Below are positions 60,832-64,000 of a stretch of DNA of 64,000 nt, one piece after another. The DNA lies in contig OZ245849.1 in NCBI GenBank assembly GCA_965228965.1, positions 1,280,350 through 1,344,349 on the forward strand, given 5' to 3'. Numbering within the stretch: position 1 is the first letter of the stretch; each line of letters starts with the position of its first letter. The notes beneath the pieces are model-generated. The model did not search any database. It saw only the letters and a list, made by a program, of their open reading frames with translations, and had not been told where the DNA came from. Made by a program: the position numbers and the translations under genes. Source of the stretch: Bythopirellula sp. (GTDB lineage Bacteria; Planctomycetota; Planctomycetia; Pirellulales; Lacipirellulaceae).

Positions 60832-61053
60832 TTAGCCGTACATTGCGATCCAGGCCAGAAACAGAATCCAACACAACAACAGCATGCTCGAGACTGTCAG
60901 TTGCCAGCGGCTAGAGTGGGGCCCTGGTGTGGGGACGCCAGATGGTTGGATCTCGGTGGGGTGGGTGTCGGCGGGTCGGATGTCCGCTTGTTGTTTGGCG
61001 GATGACTTGCTGTCGGTGCGTGGTTTACGTGCCCGTGCGGCGCGGTTGGCCAT
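60832..61053 (-). CDS. Small C-terminally membrane-anchored protein (hypothetical)
   Basis: 73-aa ORF with a basic/Pro-rich N-terminus and TM segment LTVSSMLLLCWILFLAWIAMYG. Its ATG overlaps the stop of the upstream gene (TGATG on the minus strand at 61055-61051). Confidence 0.4.
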   Translation of the reverse strand: MANRAARARKPRTDSKSSAKQQADIRPADTHPTEIQPSGVPTPGPHSSRWQLTVSSMLLLCWILFLAWIAMYG

Positions 61054-61511
61054 CAGGACCGACGCTCCTCGGTGGAATCGGGCAGCGAGAACTGAAAGCT
61101 GTGCTGAAATCCTTCATCGAAGTCGAACACGTTATCAAAGTCTTCGCGACGGTCGTTGGGAGTCTTGCGCATCTGTTCAATCTTGATCAGATTGAATACC
61201 AACTCGCCAAAGTCGCTGGTCGAGTATATCGACCAATGGTTCAGTACGCTCTTGGCCATGTAGCCGTATTGCTCGTGGGCGTACTTCCGCATCGCTTCGC
61301 AAAGTTCCTGCCCAGACACATGTCGCTCGGGCTCGGCGGCTTCCTCGCCTGCTTCGAGGTCCGCGCCCATTTCTTCTCCCAGATACTCCGTACCCAGTCC
61401 CATCTTCTCCTGGGCGTAGCGAAGTGCTTCGAAGACGAACACGTACGCTTCGAACGGATAGCGATCGTCGCGCGCGAGCAGTTCAGCGATAGGGTGGTGA
61501 GGATCGAGCAT
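61053..61511 (-). CDS. Minf_1886-family (Planctomycete/Verrucomicrobia-restricted) protein
   Basis: 152-aa ORF. Contains DDRYPFEAYVFVFEAL...HVSGQELCEAMRKYAHEQYGYMAKSVLNHWSIYSTSDFGELVFNLI...FDNVFDFDEGF. Family recalled from memory. Confidence 0.6.
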   Translation of the reverse strand: MLDPHHPIAELLARDDRYPFEAYVFVFEALRYAQEKMGLGTEYLGEEMGADLEAGEEAAEPERHVSGQELCEAMRKYAHEQYGYMAKSVLNHWSIYSTSDFGELVFNLIKIEQMRKTPNDRREDFDNVFDFDEGFQHSFQFSLPDSTEERRS

Positions 61512-61578
61512 GGCTATTGGTAGACCGCGGCGCGGGCGTGGTTAGGTGAAACTTCGCACGAGAACGCACTTTGTCATT

Positions 61579-62565
<987 letters not shown>

Positions 62566-62656
62566 GGCGAACAGTATAGCTGATGCGACCTGCTGAGAGT
62601 AGACAACCTGATTCCCGCTGCGCACCCGCGCCCGTCGAGCGATCCAACCACATCGG

Positions 62657-64000
62657 CTAGTGGCGTTCCCCCGGTCGGTAGCTCTCAACCGCTTTTTGCA
62701 AGACCTGGGACTTGCTGAACAACTCGGGCTTGAGTCGTTGCTCGGCCAACAGGTTTGCCTGATCGAAAAAGTGCTGCGATGTCGGATCGCCGCTGGTTCC
62801 AAATGGAACCAGACTCGTGCCACGCACGCCTTCGGGCGTGAATTCGAAGGCCGCTAAATACGAGGTGCCCACGACCCCGTAACGGCGCGGTTGGGAGATG
62901 ACAAAGGGGATTTCCAAGCTGGGTGTGTAGTACTGCGTGAGTATCGTACCCATGGGGCCATGTCCACCGAGCGAGGGCAGGCTGGTGCCGGCATCGTCGA
63001 AGCGGACGTCCCTTAAGTCGACGAGTCGGGCCTTGCGCAGACTGCGATAAATCTCTCCGTAGGGCACCTGCCAGCTGCCATGCATCGATTGCAAGCGTTT
63101 GGCGGCTCTCGCCAGTGCTTCGAGCTGTTTTGCCGGCTTATCAACGAACTGCTCGCGCAGCTGCTGTCCGGGATATCGCGTCCCGTAGAGTTGTTCATAC
63201 CACGCATGACACAGCGTCGCCGCGGTCGAATCGGCGGTGATCTGCGCATCCCAGGCGAGCAAGTGTTCGAGATACGGCTGAACACTTTTCGCCAGTTTAG
63301 GGTTCTCACGCTGCAGCGTCTGAAACGCTTCGGCATAGTGCGGAAGTTGCTGCTTCGCCCAGTACACTTCCGTGTCGAAGGCCGCCGCCTGCCACTGATC
63401 GAAAGTGACGTCGTTCATGGCCCGCAAGATTTCCAGCGATCGCAAAGCGCGGCGTCGGCGCTGGCCGGCGTCGCCGATCATATAGCTCGGAAAATCCTCC
63501 AACCGAGGATTGTCACCGTCGGTGGAGATCAGCGGCGTCGAATTGCAGTTTTGCAAGAAACCGGCCGCCGGATTCAGAATCTGGGGCAATTCGTCGAGCG
63601 TGTGGAAACCAAGCCATTCCGTCGCCGGGTTACTGCCATCAACGGGCTTCGACCAATCGAAGTCTGGATTGCGACGCGGCACGTGACCTGTGTAGACGAA
63701 GTGGATGTTGCCATCGCAATCGGCGTAGAGCACGTTCATGTAAAGGATTTGCATCAAACTGAGCGCTTCGCGAAACTCGTCGAGGCTCGCCGCGCGCATC
63801 ATATTCAGCGACTGACGAAGCGGGATCGTCTCGAAAATGCCCGCGATCCGCGCCGCCAGCATCGATCCATCCTCCTGCTCCGCGACGATCGGTCCGTGAT
63901 GCGTTTTGCGAAACTGGAACGTCCGCGCATCCAGGCCGCGTTTCTTACGGACTTGGATGGTCTCGCTCCAAGTTTCTGCCAGGCGATGTCCTTCTCCGTA
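62657..64000 (-). CDS. Penicillin-acylase-family (S45 Ntn-hydrolase) protein, 5' end beyond the right window edge
   Basis: The frame stays open from 63862 to 64000 (..GHRLAETWSETIQVRKKRGLDARTFQFRKTHHGPIVAEQEDGS precedes the listed Met). Contains GFLQNCNSTP and a long beta-subunit-like region. Confidence 0.6.
   Translation of the reverse strand, partial: YGEGHRLAETWSETIQVRKKRGLDARTFQFRKTHHGPIVAEQEDGSMLAARIAGIFETIPLRQSLNMMRAASLDEFREALSLMQILYMNVLYADCDGNIHFVYTGHVPRRNPDFDWSKPVDGSNPATEWLGFHTLDELPQILNPAAGFLQNCNSTPLISTDGDNPRLEDFPSYMIGDAGQRRRRALRSLEILRAMNDVTFDQWQAAAFDTEVYWAKQQLPHYAEAFQTLQRENPKLAKSVQPYLEHLLAWDAQITADSTAATLCHAWYEQLYGTRYPGQQLREQFVDKPAKQLEALARAAKRLQSMHGSWQVPYGEIYRSLRKARLVDLRDVRFDDAGTSLPSLGGHGPMGTILTQYYTPSLEIPFVISQPRRYGVVGTSYLAAFEFTPEGVRGTSLVPFGTSGDPTSQHFFDQANLLAEQRLKPELFSKSQVLQKAVESYRPGERH

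Noticed and set aside
62566-62823. N-terminal 86 aa of the listed ORF 61579..62823
   Set aside because: It would overlap the 3' end of the acylase gene. The PSP1 family N-terminus (MPKYVVRHG...) starts at the ATG at 62565.

Overview
GC-rich bacterial chromosomal segment. The gene content suggests Planctomycetota, probably Pirellulales-like. This is an inference from the DUF1501 + DUF1549/DUF1553 pair, a PEP-CTERM protein, a Minf_1886-family gene, a TPR-tailed Ser/Thr kinase, a giant surface-protein gene and many GC-rich palindromic intergenic repeats.

The main result is that the left 19.4 kb is one uninterrupted minus-strand reading frame. It starts at the ATG at 19420 and has no stop before position 1. 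The supplied ORF track does not list it, apparently because it has no stop codon in the window. It encodes more than 6,470 aa. The domain order is a non-canonical N-terminal leader, a subtilisin-like S8 peptidase with an intact D/H/S triad, seven or eight parallel-beta-helix modules, three arrays of exactly seven ~55-aa repeats, two FG-GAP/VCBS arrays, SdrD-B-like folds and dockerin-like Ca loops. Directly upstream and co-oriented lie a TonB-dependent-receptor-like outer-membrane barrel and an 1119-aa Ser/Thr kinase with a TPR tail.

The rest of the window is mostly housekeeping: ilvN-ilvC, uvrA, fadBA, a P450, an OYE-type flavin oxidoreductase, an HDAC-family deacetylase, an S1C protease, PSP1 and a penicillin-acylase-family gene. 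Small accessory features are interspersed:
- a RayT-like Y1 transposase flanked by an inverted pair of REP hairpins;
- a second IS200-like Y1 gene;
- a 1.5-kb IS5-family element inserted into a tandem repeat, with an intact copy of the target next to it;
- low-GC orphan genes;
- several perfect 21-23-bp inverted repeats.

I found no rRNA, tRNA or CRISPR. All translations of unlisted frames were done by hand and should be recomputed.
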